A DNA stretch of 64,000 nucleotides from Candidatus Falkowbacteria bacterium GW2011_GWF2_43_32. Lineage in GTDB: Bacteria; Patescibacteriota; Patescibacteriia; Patescibacteriales; UBA12465. The position numbers and the translations under genes were made by a program. Location of the stretch: assembly GCA_000999715.1 (NCBI GenBank), contig LCGL01000001.1:67139-131138 (forward strand), written 5' to 3'. The notes under the pieces are model-generated. The model saw only the letters and a program-made list of their open reading frames with translations. It searched no databases and was not told the origin of the DNA. Each line of letters starts with the position of its first letter. The stretch's first letter is position 1. Shown here piece by piece: positions 18,511 through 28,697 of this stretch.

Positions 18511-20928
18511 CTACTGGCAACTCTCGCACAAAAGACGCTCCTGCGGATCCAACGGACAAGACTCGGACGGCATCTCGGCCGCCACCGCCTTGACCAGCGT
18601 CGCTCCGAAACCGCGCTTGCCCAAAGAAGTCGCCTTATTCACTTTGACCGTACTCTGCTCGGCGCTATGCCGCGGCTTCATATGCAGATAATAAGTGGTT
18701 TTCAAACCGCTGTTCCAAGCGGCCAAATACAAATTCATAATCGTTGCTATTTCCCGCGTCGCCAAATACATATTGCGGCTAATCGCTTGATCCACCCATT
18801 TTTGCGCGCGCGCCGCCACTTCTATAAAGGCTTCCGGACGAACCGAAAAAGAATCTTTAAAAATTTCCCGAATCGTTTCGGGAATATAATCCAAATGACC
18901 GATATCGCCGTAAGCGGACAAAATATCGGCTCTGGCTTTTTCCCATAACTGCAAAGCTTTCAAGCGCGCCACCAAATTATTGTTTAATTCCAAATGTTTT
19001 CCTCCCAGAGTGTTGCGGCTGAAAATTTGCGCGAAGCGCGGATCGATGCCGGTGGAAGTGCCGGCCACCAAACCGATATTGGCGGTCGGAGCGATGGCCA
19101 ATAAAGTGGAATTGCGCATGCCCTTTTGCGTGCGCAGACGCAATTTTTCCCAATCCAATTTTGTCCGTCGGCTAACCGACAATTTTTGACCGCGGTTTTT
19201 TTCCAACATCGCCAAAGTGTCAAACGGCAAATATCCCTGTTCCCAACGCGAGCCCATAAATTGCGAATAGGCGCCGCGTTCGGCGGCTAAATCGGCGCTG
19301 GCCGAAATCGCCTCGTAACTGATAAATTCCATCACCTCGTCGGTCAATTCGGCCGCGGCCGCCGAGTCATAAGGCATTTCCAAACGCTCAAATAAATCGG
19401 CCAAACCCATGACACCGAGACCGAGGGCGCGATTATGACTGTCAAAATTGACGGCTTCGGGAACCGGCGGCTCATTGATATCCACCAGATTGTCCAAACT
19501 GCGAATCGCCAAACGAACGCTGGCGCTCAACTTTTCCCAAGCGATTTGTTTTTTGTCCACATGACGGGCCAGATTAACGGAAGCGAGATTGCAAACGGCG
19601 ACATTGCCGCGATTGGCCGGCAAAGTTATTTCCGTGCATAAATTGGAACCGTAAATCGTACCGGTGTTGTTATTCAAAGCGCGCACGTTAATCGCGTCCT
19701 TAAAAGTCAACCAAGGATGGGCGCTGGCCTGCAAAGAAACGATAATTTGACGGAATTGATCCAAGGCTTTAATTTTTTTAAAAGTTCGCATCTTGCCCGC
19801 CTCCGCCAAAGAACAATATTCCCGATAACGACGACCGAAAGCTTCGCCGTAAAGCTCCACCAAATCGGGCGTGTCGGCCGGATCGAACAAATACCAATCG
19901 GCATCCGCTTGAACACGCGCCATAAATTCATCGGATAAATAAACGGCGATATTGGCCGTTCGCGTACGACGGTAATCGTCGCCGGCGTTTTGTTTCAAAT
20001 CGACGTATTCCTGAAAATCAAGATGCCAATTTTCCATATAGAAACAGAGCGCGCCCATTTTTTTGCCGGCCCGGGAAATCGCCCGAATGGAGGAATCGAT
20101 AATATGAAGAAAAGGAATCGGCCCGGAAGAAAAAGTGTTGTTGGTGGAAATCGGCGAACCGCTGGCGCGCAATTTGGTGACCGACAAACCGATGCCGCCG
20201 GTGGCTTTGGATAATTTCAAAACATCGGCCACCGTTTTGCCGATATGTTCAATATCGTCTTCCATGTCCATAATAAAGCAATTGCTCAAACGCGGTTTGG
20301 CCGAACCGGCGTTGACGTTCGTCGAGCCGCCGGGGACATATTCCAAGCGCGACATTTTATCGTAAAACTGCGCGGCAATCTCGTCCGGTCGACTTTCGTT
20401 CCAAGACAGCCCCATCGCCACGCGCAACCAAAAATATTGCGGCAATTCCAAGAGCCGTTGTTGTTTGTCTCGCATCATGTAACGACGAGCCAGCGTTTCC
20501 AGTCCGGCGAAAGTAAACAGGTCGTCGCGTTCAAAATCGGCTTGAGCGATTAATTTTTCCCAAGTGAATTTTTCCAATTTTGAAGACAGCCAACCGGCTT
20601 TTACTCCGGTCGCCAAGTTCTCCCGAAAATGAGAACGATAACGATCCAAAAATTCCGGCTGTCCGCTATCCAAACCCAAGACTTCCCGATATAAGCTGTT
20701 CAACAGCAAGCGGGCCGACAAGCGATCGTAAATCGGATCGTCTTTGATGTGCTGACTGGCGGCGCGCATGACCACCTTATCCAATTCGGCCTCCGATATG
20801 CCTTCATAAACCATCAGGGCCGCCTCTTTGGCAATACTTTCCAGAATCTCCGGAACAATCGGCAATTTTTCCAAATTGCCGAAACCGGCAACGGCCAAGT
20901 CCAATTTGGCGGTGATTTTAGTATTCAT
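18511..20928 (-). CDS. nrdA: ribonucleotide reductase class I alpha subunit
   Basis: 805 aa. Catalytic-site NLCTEI, the PTANI/G..TGIDP region and a C-terminal redox Cys pair (CPLD...LLCESCQ). Located upstream of nrdB. Confidence 0.9.
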   Translation of the reverse strand: MNTKITAKLDLAVAGFGNLEKLPIVPEILESIAKEAALMVYEGISEAELDKVVMRAASQHIKDDPIYDRLSARLLLNSLYREVLGLDSGQPEFLDRYRSHFRENLATGVKAGWLSSKLEKFTWEKLIAQADFERDDLFTFAGLETLARRYMMRDKQQRLLELPQYFWLRVAMGLSWNESRPDEIAAQFYDKMSRLEYVPGGSTNVNAGSAKPRLSNCFIMDMEDDIEHIGKTVADVLKLSKATGGIGLSVTKLRASGSPISTNNTFSSGPIPFLHIIDSSIRAISRAGKKMGALCFYMENWHLDFQEYVDLKQNAGDDYRRTRTANIAVYLSDEFMARVQADADWYLFDPADTPDLVELYGEAFGRRYREYCSLAEAGKMRTFKKIKALDQFRQIIVSLQASAHPWLTFKDAINVRALNNNTGTIYGSNLCTEITLPANRGNVAVCNLASVNLARHVDKKQIAWEKLSASVRLAIRSLDNLVDINEPPVPEAVNFDSHNRALGLGVMGLADLFERLEMPYDSAAAAELTDEVMEFISYEAISASADLAAERGAYSQFMGSRWEQGYLPFDTLAMLEKNRGQKLSVSRRTKLDWEKLRLRTQKGMRNSTLLAIAPTANIGLVAGTSTGIDPRFAQIFSRNTLGGKHLELNNNLVARLKALQLWEKARADILSAYGDIGHLDYIPETIREIFKDSFSVRPEAFIEVAARAQKWVDQAISRNMYLATREIATIMNLYLAAWNSGLKTTYYLHMKPRHSAEQSTVKVNKATSLGKRGFGATLVKAVAAEMPSESCPLDPQERLLCESCQ

Positions 20929-21003
20929 AAAAAATAAATTAAATTTAAAGGCCTAAAAAGGAATTTGCGCCTATTTAGCCTATATTGTGGTTGAATAAGC
21001 TTT

Positions 21004-21032
21004 ATTATACCATATGTTGTATATGGGCGCAA
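21004..21032 (-). promoter_or_regulatory. candidate nrdAB promoter with an operator-like palindrome filling the spacer
   Basis: Minus strand TTGCGC-[CCATATACAACATATGG]-TATAAT. The 17-nt spacer is itself a CCATAT-N5-ATATGG palindrome (21010-21026). Confidence 0.45.
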
Positions 21033-21063
21033 TAAGCAAAAACCCCTTAAAAATCGCCATTAC

Positions 21064-21093
21064 CTTAAAAAAATCCGCCGGAGAGGCGGATTT
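21064..21093 (-). terminator. rho-independent terminator after hpf
   Basis: AAATCCGCC-ggaga-GGCGGATTT with flanking A and T runs, just downstream of the hpf stop. Confidence 0.6.
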
Positions 21094-21118
21094 ATTTTTA
21101 TAACTGTGGATAAATAAA

Positions 21119-21448
21119 TTAATTCTTTTTTTTCTTCCGTTGATCGACCATTTTTTCTTTATATTTTTTGATAATCAGCTCTAAATGGTCTTTGACTTTA
21201 TCTATCGCCTTATACATATCGGCTTCGGTCTTCTCAACGCGCAAAATTTTGCGCGGCACTCGCAAATTCACTTCCGCCCGAAAAATTTCTCCCTTATTCT
21301 GACCACCGACGGCTTTCTCGATTTCACAATCGCAATTCAGCACCTTGATTCCTCCCAAATATTTCTCCACCATATCCATTTTCTCCTGAAAATAGTCGCG
21401 AATGGCGGCCGTCAATTCTAAACGAGTGGATTTGATTCTGATTTGCAT
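21119..21448 (-). CDS. hpf: ribosome hibernation promoting factor / RaiA family (short form)
   Basis: 109 aa. MQIRIKSTRLELTAAIRDYFQEKM... matches the sigma-54-modulation/RaiA fold pattern. Confidence 0.85.
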   Translation of the reverse strand: MQIRIKSTRLELTAAIRDYFQEKMDMVEKYLGGIKVLNCDCEIEKAVGGQNKGEIFRAEVNLRVPRKILRVEKTEADMYKAIDKVKDHLELIIKKYKEKMVDQRKKKKN

Positions 21449-21467
21449 AGATTTGAAAGATTAACTG

Positions 21468-22628
21468 TTAAAATAACTTAATGATATCTTTGTAGGTGAT
21501 AAAAATAATCAAGACGATCAGCAAAACAAAACCGGAATTATGAATCAGCGCCTCCACTTCCCTTTTGACCGGGCGACCGGAGATTTTTTCAATCAACAGA
21601 AAGACGATGCGTCCGCCGTCCAGGGCCGGAAAAGGCAAGATATTCAAAATCGCCAAATTCAAAGACAATAAAGCCACGAACTGCAGAAGATAAGCAAAGC
21701 CCAAACGAGCCGCTTGACCGGTAATCGTGGCAATGCCGACCGGACCGGCGAATTGATCGCCGACTTGATTCCCTTGAAAAATATTCTTGAACAGATCGGC
21801 GAAAGCGATCACAATTTGTTCCAAAACCCAACCGACAGTTTTTGCTCCCTCCCAAAAAGCGGCCAAAAACGGATAGCGTACCAAGCCGGCCGCGAAAATA
21901 GCCACGCCGATGGTCGCGCGTCCGCCGTCACGGGATAAAGGCACGACGCTAATGGTTTGTTCCTGTCCGTTGCGCCTGATCAACAACTGCGCTTCTTGAT
22001 CGGCACTGGCGGCAATCGCTTCCTGCAGTTCTTGTTCCGTCCCCACCGTCCGATCATTGACGCGCAAAACTTCATCGCTGGCCTGAAAGCCCGCGGCGGC
22101 CGCGACGGAATCCGGCAAAACCTGAGCAATAACTACCCGTTGTTCGCTGACCCAGGCGCTTTTGCCCAAAGTATCGGTGGATTGAGGCAGGCCGATCAAA
22201 TAGCCGACGGACAATAAAACCCAAGCCAACACGACGTTCATAATCACGCCGGCGGACAAAATCAATATTCGTTTCCAAATTTTCTGGGCCGCAAAACTAT
22301 CACGGTCGTTCTTTCCTTCGCCGTTTTCTCCTTTAATTTTCACAAAGCCGCCAAATGGCAACCAATTAAGCGAATAAACCGTCGCCCCGGCCGCCGGATG
22401 AAGATTTTCATCCGCGCTCGTTTCCAAACTCTCCACCGACCGATTGCCTCTCACGCGACGCCAATGTCCGAAACGGTTTTTATACCAACCCACGGCACGA
22501 GGCGGAAATCCGAAACCGAATTCTTCCGCTTTCACCCCGCAACGGCGGGCGGTGAAAAAATGGCCGAGCTCATGCGCGAACACCAGCACCGACAAAACCA
22601 AAATAAAAATAATAATCGTTAAAAACAT
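21468..22628 (-). CDS. rseP: RseP-type M50 site-2 zinc metalloprotease with PDZ domain
   Basis: HELGHFFTARR (HExxH) in the first TM region, a central PDZ-like segment and a C-terminal NLAILNILPFPALDGG motif. The ORF track starts at 22685 and overlaps frr; I prefer Met20 (22628), which gives the usual short N-terminus. Confidence 0.85.
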   Translation of the reverse strand: MFLTIIIFILVLSVLVFAHELGHFFTARRCGVKAEEFGFGFPPRAVGWYKNRFGHWRRVRGNRSVESLETSADENLHPAAGATVYSLNWLPFGGFVKIKGENGEGKNDRDSFAAQKIWKRILILSAGVIMNVVLAWVLLSVGYLIGLPQSTDTLGKSAWVSEQRVVIAQVLPDSVAAAAGFQASDEVLRVNDRTVGTEQELQEAIAASADQEAQLLIRRNGQEQTISVVPLSRDGGRATIGVAIFAAGLVRYPFLAAFWEGAKTVGWVLEQIVIAFADLFKNIFQGNQVGDQFAGPVGIATITGQAARLGFAYLLQFVALLSLNLAILNILPFPALDGGRIVFLLIEKISGRPVKREVEALIHNSGFVLLIVLIIFITYKDIIKLF

Positions 22629-22650
22629 GTATTTATGATAAGTTCTCCTA

Positions 22651-23205
22651 TTAAATTTCCATAATATCTTTCTCCTTTCGATCACGAACCTCTTTCAGCT
22701 CTTCGTTCTTCTTGGCGGAAAATTCGTCCAACTCCTTGATGAAACGAAATTTGTCGTCTTCGCTGATTTCTTTGTCGTCAAAAGCCGTTTCAATCGCGCT
22801 CTTGGCGTGATCGCGCGCCTGACGCAAATTGACGCGCGTCTTTTCCAATTTCTCGTTCAATTTTTTGACCAGTTCTTTGCGATTTTCCTCCGTCAACGGT
22901 GGCACGGTCAAACGAACCTTATCACCCTCGTTAACGACGCCGAAACCCAGCCCCGCGTCAACAATGGCTTTCTCGATATTTTTCAACACTCCCTTATCCC
23001 AAGGCGCAATCACGATACTGTGCGTATCGGACACGGCAATATTGCCGACGGCGTTCAAAGGATTCATGGTGCCGTAGGCTTCAACTTGCACGTTCTCCAA
23101 TAACGCCGGATTGGCGCGACCGGTGCGCAAAGAGGAAATGTCTTTCTTGAAAAAATCCAAGGCGCCGGCGAATTCATTTTGTTTGGCTTGTAAATATTGA
23201 TTCAT
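22651..23205 (-). CDS. frr: ribosome recycling factor
   Basis: 184 aa with the typical RRF sequence (LRTGRANPALLENVQVEAYG...LTEENRKELVK...RNIRRDA-like region). Confidence 0.95.
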   Translation of the reverse strand: MNQYLQAKQNEFAGALDFFKKDISSLRTGRANPALLENVQVEAYGTMNPLNAVGNIAVSDTHSIVIAPWDKGVLKNIEKAIVDAGLGFGVVNEGDKVRLTVPPLTEENRKELVKKLNEKLEKTRVNLRQARDHAKSAIETAFDDKEISEDDKFRFIKELDEFSAKKNEELKEVRDRKEKDIMEI

Positions 23206-23265
23206 ATGTTTAATTAAAAATTGACAATTAATTTTTGACTTGATTTTTCAACTTAATCCGGCGAC

Positions 23266-24378
23266 TCAATCTTTCAGCCTGATCGTGCCCAAATAAATAT
23301 TGTTGGGGTTGTCAAAATCAATCAACAGCTCGCGGCCGGCACGGCCGGTCGGCAAATTATTGGTTGACCAGGTCGCTCCGCCGTCAAGAGATCGGAAAAA
23401 AGCGGTATTGGTGACATAATACAGATAACGAGAATCGCGCGGATTGACGGCCAAGGCGTTGATAACCGCATCTTTATCGGACGGAATCAACATGACATTT
23501 TCCCAAGTGATGCCGTTATCGGGCGAACGAAGAATCAGCTTATCGGTGGCCAGAAAAAGAAAACCGTCAACGGTCACGACAAAATCCCGGAAATTCGTGC
23601 CGATTTTGAAATCGTTCAAAACGACGTTCAAATCCGTCCAATCGTCCACCAGAAAATTCTGCTCCAAATTGGCGGAATTGGCGACATTGGTATGAGTGGT
23701 GGAAATAAAACTGAAAATTCGGTTCTTGTCGGTGGCCACGAACAGCAAACGGCTGTCCAAAGGAGAAATCACCAAACGCTTCAAGCCTTCATCCAAACGC
23801 TGAATAGTTCGCCAGGTGGCACCGGAATCGATACTCTTGATAATTTCGCCGCGCGACGTCCCGATGTACAAATTGCGGGTGTTATAATGATCAATCGCCA
23901 ACGTGGTGACGACCACTTCCGGATTATTGTCAAAATAAACCTGCGTCCAATTGCGGGAACAATCGTTAGACCGATAAAGACGATTGGCCAGAGCGGCATA
24001 AATCAAACATTTGTTCTGCGGATCAACGGCCACATCGTTAACGGTCGCCGCGGGCAAACCGGTGACTTTAGTCCAACCGTTATTGATGTTATAGGTATAA
24101 TACAAACCGTTCTCGAAACTGGCGAGATAAACCGCTCGGCTGTCGCCGGGATCCAAAACCATCCGATTGACATTGAGGTTGTTGATGGTTTGCGGCCGAC
24201 CGGTAAGCGTCGGCAAGCTGGACATCGCCTGCCAATTGTCGCCGTTATTGACCGATAAAAAAACGCTGTTATCACTGCTGGTGGCGTCACCCGAAGAACT
24301 GGTGGAGATGGAGCAACCGGCCGTCGCCAAGGCCACCGCCGCCAAAATAATGGTAAATTTTAAAGTTTTTACGGACAT
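23266..24378 (-). CDS. BNR/Asp-box repeat beta-propeller lipoprotein
   Basis: 370 aa. Lipobox signal (LATAGCS) and repeated SxDxGxTW Asp-boxes (SIDSGATW, SPDNGITW, SLDGGATW). Confidence 0.7.
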   Translation of the reverse strand: MSVKTLKFTIILAAVALATAGCSISTSSSGDATSSDNSVFLSVNNGDNWQAMSSLPTLTGRPQTINNLNVNRMVLDPGDSRAVYLASFENGLYYTYNINNGWTKVTGLPAATVNDVAVDPQNKCLIYAALANRLYRSNDCSRNWTQVYFDNNPEVVVTTLAIDHYNTRNLYIGTSRGEIIKSIDSGATWRTIQRLDEGLKRLVISPLDSRLLFVATDKNRIFSFISTTHTNVANSANLEQNFLVDDWTDLNVVLNDFKIGTNFRDFVVTVDGFLFLATDKLILRSPDNGITWENVMLIPSDKDAVINALAVNPRDSRYLYYVTNTAFFRSLDGGATWSTNNLPTGRAGRELLIDFDNPNNIYLGTIRLKD

Positions 24379-24387
24379 ATGATTAAT

Positions 24388-25368
24388 TTAAATATTAACG
24401 GCTAATTGTTCCAAAACCAAACGCGGATTGACGTTGGCGGCCAGATACTCCTTGGCTTGAGCGATCAATTTCAATTGTTTCAAAATCGACGGCACGCTAT
24501 TCTGATCGCTTCGTTCGTTTAAAAGCGCCAAAGTCTTGTTTAAGGCGGGCGCCAACGCCGAATGTTGCCAGCGATCTTTTTGTTCCAAGCTTGATAACAA
24601 CAAATCGCGACTCAAACCTTCGGCCATGGAAAGAACGGCGCTCGCCGTCTCGGTCGCCTGCCGACTCCAAGTCTTATCGTTGAAAATCTTATCCAAAATC
24701 TGCAAACGAGTGTTAAGATCGGCATTAATCAGCGACAACCACCGTTCCGCCCGTTCCAAATAATTTTGATAATCTTCCGGCGCTTCCAAAAATTTGACGG
24801 CGGCCAAAGGACGACCGAGCGCCAGATTCGCCAAATCTTTGGCTAAAGAACGATTGGCGCCGCAATGCTTAATCAAGTAATCATAAATCACGGCCGCGGG
24901 CACGGGATGAAAATACAAGATTTGGCCGCGCGACAGGATGGTGGCCGGCAAACTGTTTTCATCGCCGGTCAACAAAATGATTATCACCGCTTCTTTCGGT
25001 TCTTCCAAGGTTTTAAGCAAAGCGCTCTTGGCCTCTTCGCTCAAGAGATCGGCGTCTTTGATAATTCCAATCTTATAGGAATTCAAGAAAGAACTCAAAT
25101 TCAAAGTCTTGATGAACTCGCGCACGGCTTCAATGGAAATGTTTTTCCGATCGGCCGCCTTTTCCAAAATATGCAAATCGCTGTTGAAACCGATACGGTT
25201 CCCTTGCAAATTGCGCGCAAACGCCAAGGCAATCGTAAATTTGCCCAAATCGTTCGCGCCGGCAAAAATATAAGTCTGAACAATTTTGTTATTATTCAAG
25301 CCGCGTTCCAAAAATTCTATTGCCTGGTCGTTGCCGATTTTCGGCCAGGAAAACTTTTCTTTGGCCAT
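24388..25368 (-). CDS. holB: DNA polymerase III delta-prime subunit (probable)
   Basis: 326 aa with an AAA+-like N-terminus (YIFAGANDLGKFT), an LLKTLEEP motif and SRGQILYF (sensor region). Confidence 0.65.
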   Translation of the reverse strand: MAKEKFSWPKIGNDQAIEFLERGLNNNKIVQTYIFAGANDLGKFTIALAFARNLQGNRIGFNSDLHILEKAADRKNISIEAVREFIKTLNLSSFLNSYKIGIIKDADLLSEEAKSALLKTLEEPKEAVIIILLTGDENSLPATILSRGQILYFHPVPAAVIYDYLIKHCGANRSLAKDLANLALGRPLAAVKFLEAPEDYQNYLERAERWLSLINADLNTRLQILDKIFNDKTWSRQATETASAVLSMAEGLSRDLLLSSLEQKDRWQHSALAPALNKTLALLNERSDQNSVPSILKQLKLIAQAKEYLAANVNPRLVLEQLAVNI

Positions 25369-25399
25369 ACTGAATTAAAACTGGATTATATAAATAATT

Positions 25400-27160
25400 T
25401 TAAAACCCGGAACTGATTTTATTCAAATCGCTATTTTTTATCCCCAGGCCGCGCTGGCGCATAATTTCAAAAGCATCGGCCGGACGATTCAAATAATACA
25501 ACTGCAAATCTACCGGATCAAAATAATAAGCCTGCCCTTTGTCTTCCGTCTGCAAAAGAATGCGACCGGCTAAACGTCGCCAAGCGCCGGGATTGCTTCG
25601 CACGGCCGCCAAATCGGCGTTGGAAATACCCAGACCGAAACGGCGCATGACCTCAAAAGCGTCGGCCGGCCGGCCCAGATAATATTTTTTGCCGGAAACC
25701 GGCTCCACATACCAGGCTTGCCCCTGACTTTCAACTTGCAATAGAATCCGGCCTTGCAAACGCGTCGCCAAAGAAACGGGCACGGACGAAGCGGCCGAGG
25801 CGCTGGCAGAACCACCGATCGGACTGACCGTCGCGCCGGAAACCTGAAAAGATTGTCCGGACGACAATAAATAATTGCCACTCACCACCACTTTCACCGC
25901 TTGCGTCACACCGTTCTTGGCATAAAAAGTCTGACCGTAATCTTGATTGTTTTTGCCGGCATATACCGCCAAGTACGGACCGGCGGCCAAAGACAAAGAG
26001 GCCGTCCGATTGGAATTTAATTTAATCGTGCCGACTTGCTTATCGCGATAGAAAGAGCCGTTGGCATCGGCGCTCAAAGAATACAATTTTAACGAAGCTG
26101 TACTGGACAAACCCTCGCCTTGCGCGTCGGACAAGGTAAAATTGGTCAAATTGGTCGTTAATTTCTGATAATCGCCGGCCGGTTTGACCGCGATGCCCCA
26201 AAAAATATTTTCCCGGTTGAAATAATCGCGAACCGCCAACGCGTATGTCCCGGCCGGATATTCTAAACGAAAACGGCCGTTGGCATCGGTTTTGGCTTTC
26301 TCCAATTCACGTCCCAAAGTGCCGGCGGCGGTCTGTTCATAAAGACGAACTTCCTTCCCCGTCAACAATTGTCCTTTGGCGTCCCGCAATTCTCCGCTGA
26401 CGCCGCTGAAATCGTAAGACAGAGTATAGTCTTTATTTTCGGGCACGCTGATATTATATAAAACGGAATTATTTCCGTCCGCATCCTTGGCGCTGACGGC
26501 ATAAAAACCGGTCTGACCGCGACGATAAGGATTATAGGGGGCGACATAAACGGTCGCTTGACCGCTGGCACCGGTTTTCAGACTGGCAATCAAGTCGCCG
26601 CTTTCAAAAATCGGATTGTTATCGGCATCGTATCTTTGCGCGTAGAGAGAAAAACTGTAATTCTTTTTTAGCTCTCCGGCCGCATCGCGCAAAACGATGT
26701 GCAAAGCCGGCAAAGATTTGGTCAGATTGCGATTATAATCGCAGGCAAAAGTGACCGCATTAAAAAACCAGAATTCTCCCAAATTTTCTTTTTTATCCCA
26801 AACATGCAAAACATGGGATTTACATTGATCGGGCTTAAAGCTGAAATTAAATTGCCCCAAACTGTCGGTCGTGCCGCCGCCGACCTTATCGCCGGCAATC
26901 GGCAAACCGTAGTTATCGGTGTCCTGTTCATACAAGGCGAATTTAAAACCGGCCAAAGCCTCGCCGCTGAAATTGCGCAAAGTTAAAGTGAATTGCGATT
27001 CCCGCTCGCAGACCGTGGACGGAGCGGGCAAATTGTAATTATAATTATTTTCGTAAATATAAACATCGCAAACATCGTCCCGCGCCGCCGCCGGCTCGCC
27101 AATCGCCAGCACCGCAATCAGGACAAGAAATCCGCCAATTATTTTCCCGCTTTTAAACAT
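25400..27160 (-). CDS. secreted cell-surface protein with Ig-like/CarboxypepD_reg-like repeats and a duplicated C-terminal ~55-aa module
   Basis: 586 aa with a signal peptide and repeated beta-sandwich-like segments. Two tandem C-terminal copies follow the pattern GRILLQxExxGQAxYxxPV...YYLxRPADAFEIMRxxGLGIxNxDL. Confidence 0.6.
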   Translation of the reverse strand: MFKSGKIIGGFLVLIAVLAIGEPAAARDDVCDVYIYENNYNYNLPAPSTVCERESQFTLTLRNFSGEALAGFKFALYEQDTDNYGLPIAGDKVGGGTTDSLGQFNFSFKPDQCKSHVLHVWDKKENLGEFWFFNAVTFACDYNRNLTKSLPALHIVLRDAAGELKKNYSFSLYAQRYDADNNPIFESGDLIASLKTGASGQATVYVAPYNPYRRGQTGFYAVSAKDADGNNSVLYNISVPENKDYTLSYDFSGVSGELRDAKGQLLTGKEVRLYEQTAAGTLGRELEKAKTDANGRFRLEYPAGTYALAVRDYFNRENIFWGIAVKPAGDYQKLTTNLTNFTLSDAQGEGLSSTASLKLYSLSADANGSFYRDKQVGTIKLNSNRTASLSLAAGPYLAVYAGKNNQDYGQTFYAKNGVTQAVKVVVSGNYLLSSGQSFQVSGATVSPIGGSASASAASSVPVSLATRLQGRILLQVESQGQAWYVEPVSGKKYYLGRPADAFEVMRRFGLGISNADLAAVRSNPGAWRRLAGRILLQTEDKGQAYYFDPVDLQLYYLNRPADAFEIMRQRGLGIKNSDLNKISSGF

Positions 27161-27368
27161 AGAAATAAAATTTAATAATGATTATTCTATTTAATATTAG
27201 CCTAATTATATTTAAGTGCCCTCTCCCGTCCGATTTGCCGACACAAAAACGATGATTTTCCGGTTAATCTAGGATTATTATAGCATACTTTTCCAGAAAA
27301 CCAACCGATTTTTTATTGATTTTTAGACCTTAAACTGATATATTGAAGGAGTCTTTAATTTTTAAAAC

Positions 27369-28694
27369 ATGTCTCACCGTTTTAAGAAATTAATCCTCTT
27401 CGCCGGCGATGTGGCGGCCTTATCCGGCGCTTTATTTTTAACTTTGGCTATCCGTTATCCGCAAACCGCCTGGAACGAACGTTGGCACAGCCATTGGCCG
27501 AGTTTTTCGGTCATTTTTCTCATTTGGCTGATAATATTTACCATCAACGACCTTTACAATCTGGATTTGCGGGTAAACAGCCGCCAATTTCTCCGCTTGA
27601 CCGTCAACACCGCGGCCGTCAGCAGTTTGTTGTCCATTCTCTATTTTTATCTGAACGTTCAATCCGCCATCGCTCCCAAAACCAATCTGGCCATTTTTAT
27701 CGTTGTTTTTCTCGGCCTATTTTTTGTTTGGCGCGGCTTATACCAATTAATCCGCGGCGCGTTCATCCCGCAAGACAACCTGGCCATCATCGGCTTTAAC
27801 CAACGAACGGAAGAATTGGTCGCCGCCTTGAAGCAACGTCCGGCGGCCGGCTATCAAACCGCTTTAATCTTTAAAAATCCGACGGAATTGACCGATCTGG
27901 CGGACAGCCTGAAAATCAAAAACATCCGCGCCGTCGTCATCGTGGACGATTTCGGACAAAGCGCCATTTTGCGTCAGGCCTTGTTTGATTGCTTGGCTTA
28001 TAAAATAACTTTTTTCAGTTACCCCGATTTCTACGAACTGCTAACCGGAAAAATCCCGGTGGAAGCGATTGACGCCGACTGGTTTTTGAAAAACTTGCGC
28101 TCGGGCCAAAAAAACTATTTTGATTTTCTGAAGCGCCTTTGCGACTTTTTCGGCGCCCTGACGATTTTTCTGATATCTCTGCCGTTTTGGCCGTTCTTGG
28201 CTTTAGCCGTCAAATCAAGCGGCCGCGGTCCGATTTTTTTCCGTCAAACTCGCTTGGGACAAAACGAACAGGAATTCAAGATCATCAAATTCCGCACCAT
28301 GCGCCAAGAAAATAATGATTTTACGCCGACCGCAGAAAACGACCCCCGCATTACCCGTTTCGGATATTTTCTGCGCCGCACTCGTCTGGACGAACTCCCG
28401 CAAGTGCTGAATATTCTGAAAGGCGAAATGAGTTTTATCGGTCCGCGCCCCGAAAGACCGGAAATCATTAAAGAATTGGAAAAGAAAATTCCTTTTTATA
28501 AAACCCGCCTGCTGATCAAACCGGGACTGACCGGCTGGGATCAGATATCGGGACGTTACCATTCCGCTTCGCCGGAAGACAGCCGAGAAAAACTGCAATA
28601 CGATTTATTTTATTTAAAACAACGCTCGCTTTATCTGGACATCGCCATCGCTTTGCGGACTCTGGCGACTATTGCCGGCGGCGGCGGAAGATAG
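27369..28694 (+). CDS. polyprenyl-phosphate sugar phosphotransferase (WbaP/EpsL-type bacterial sugar transferase)
   Basis: 441 aa with N-terminal TM helices and a C-terminal catalytic domain ([28 protein letters not shown]). Confidence 0.85.
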   Translation: MSHRFKKLILFAGDVAALSGALFLTLAIRYPQTAWNERWHSHWPSFSVIFLIWLIIFTINDLYNLDLRVNSRQFLRLTVNTAAVSSLLSILYFYLNVQSAIAPKTNLAIFIVVFLGLFFVWRGLYQLIRGAFIPQDNLAIIGFNQRTEELVAALKQRPAAGYQTALIFKNPTELTDLADSLKIKNIRAVVIVDDFGQSAILRQALFDCLAYKITFFSYPDFYELLTGKIPVEAIDADWFLKNLRSGQKNYFDFLKRLCDFFGALTIFLISLPFWPFLALAVKSSGRGPIFFRQTRLGQNEQEFKIIKFRTMRQENNDFTPTAENDPRITRFGYFLRRTRLDELPQVLNILKGEMSFIGPRPERPEIIKELEKKIPFYKTRLLIKPGLTGWDQISGRYHSASPEDSREKLQYDLFYLKQRSLYLDIAIALRTLATIAGGGGR

Positions 28695-28697
28695 CTC

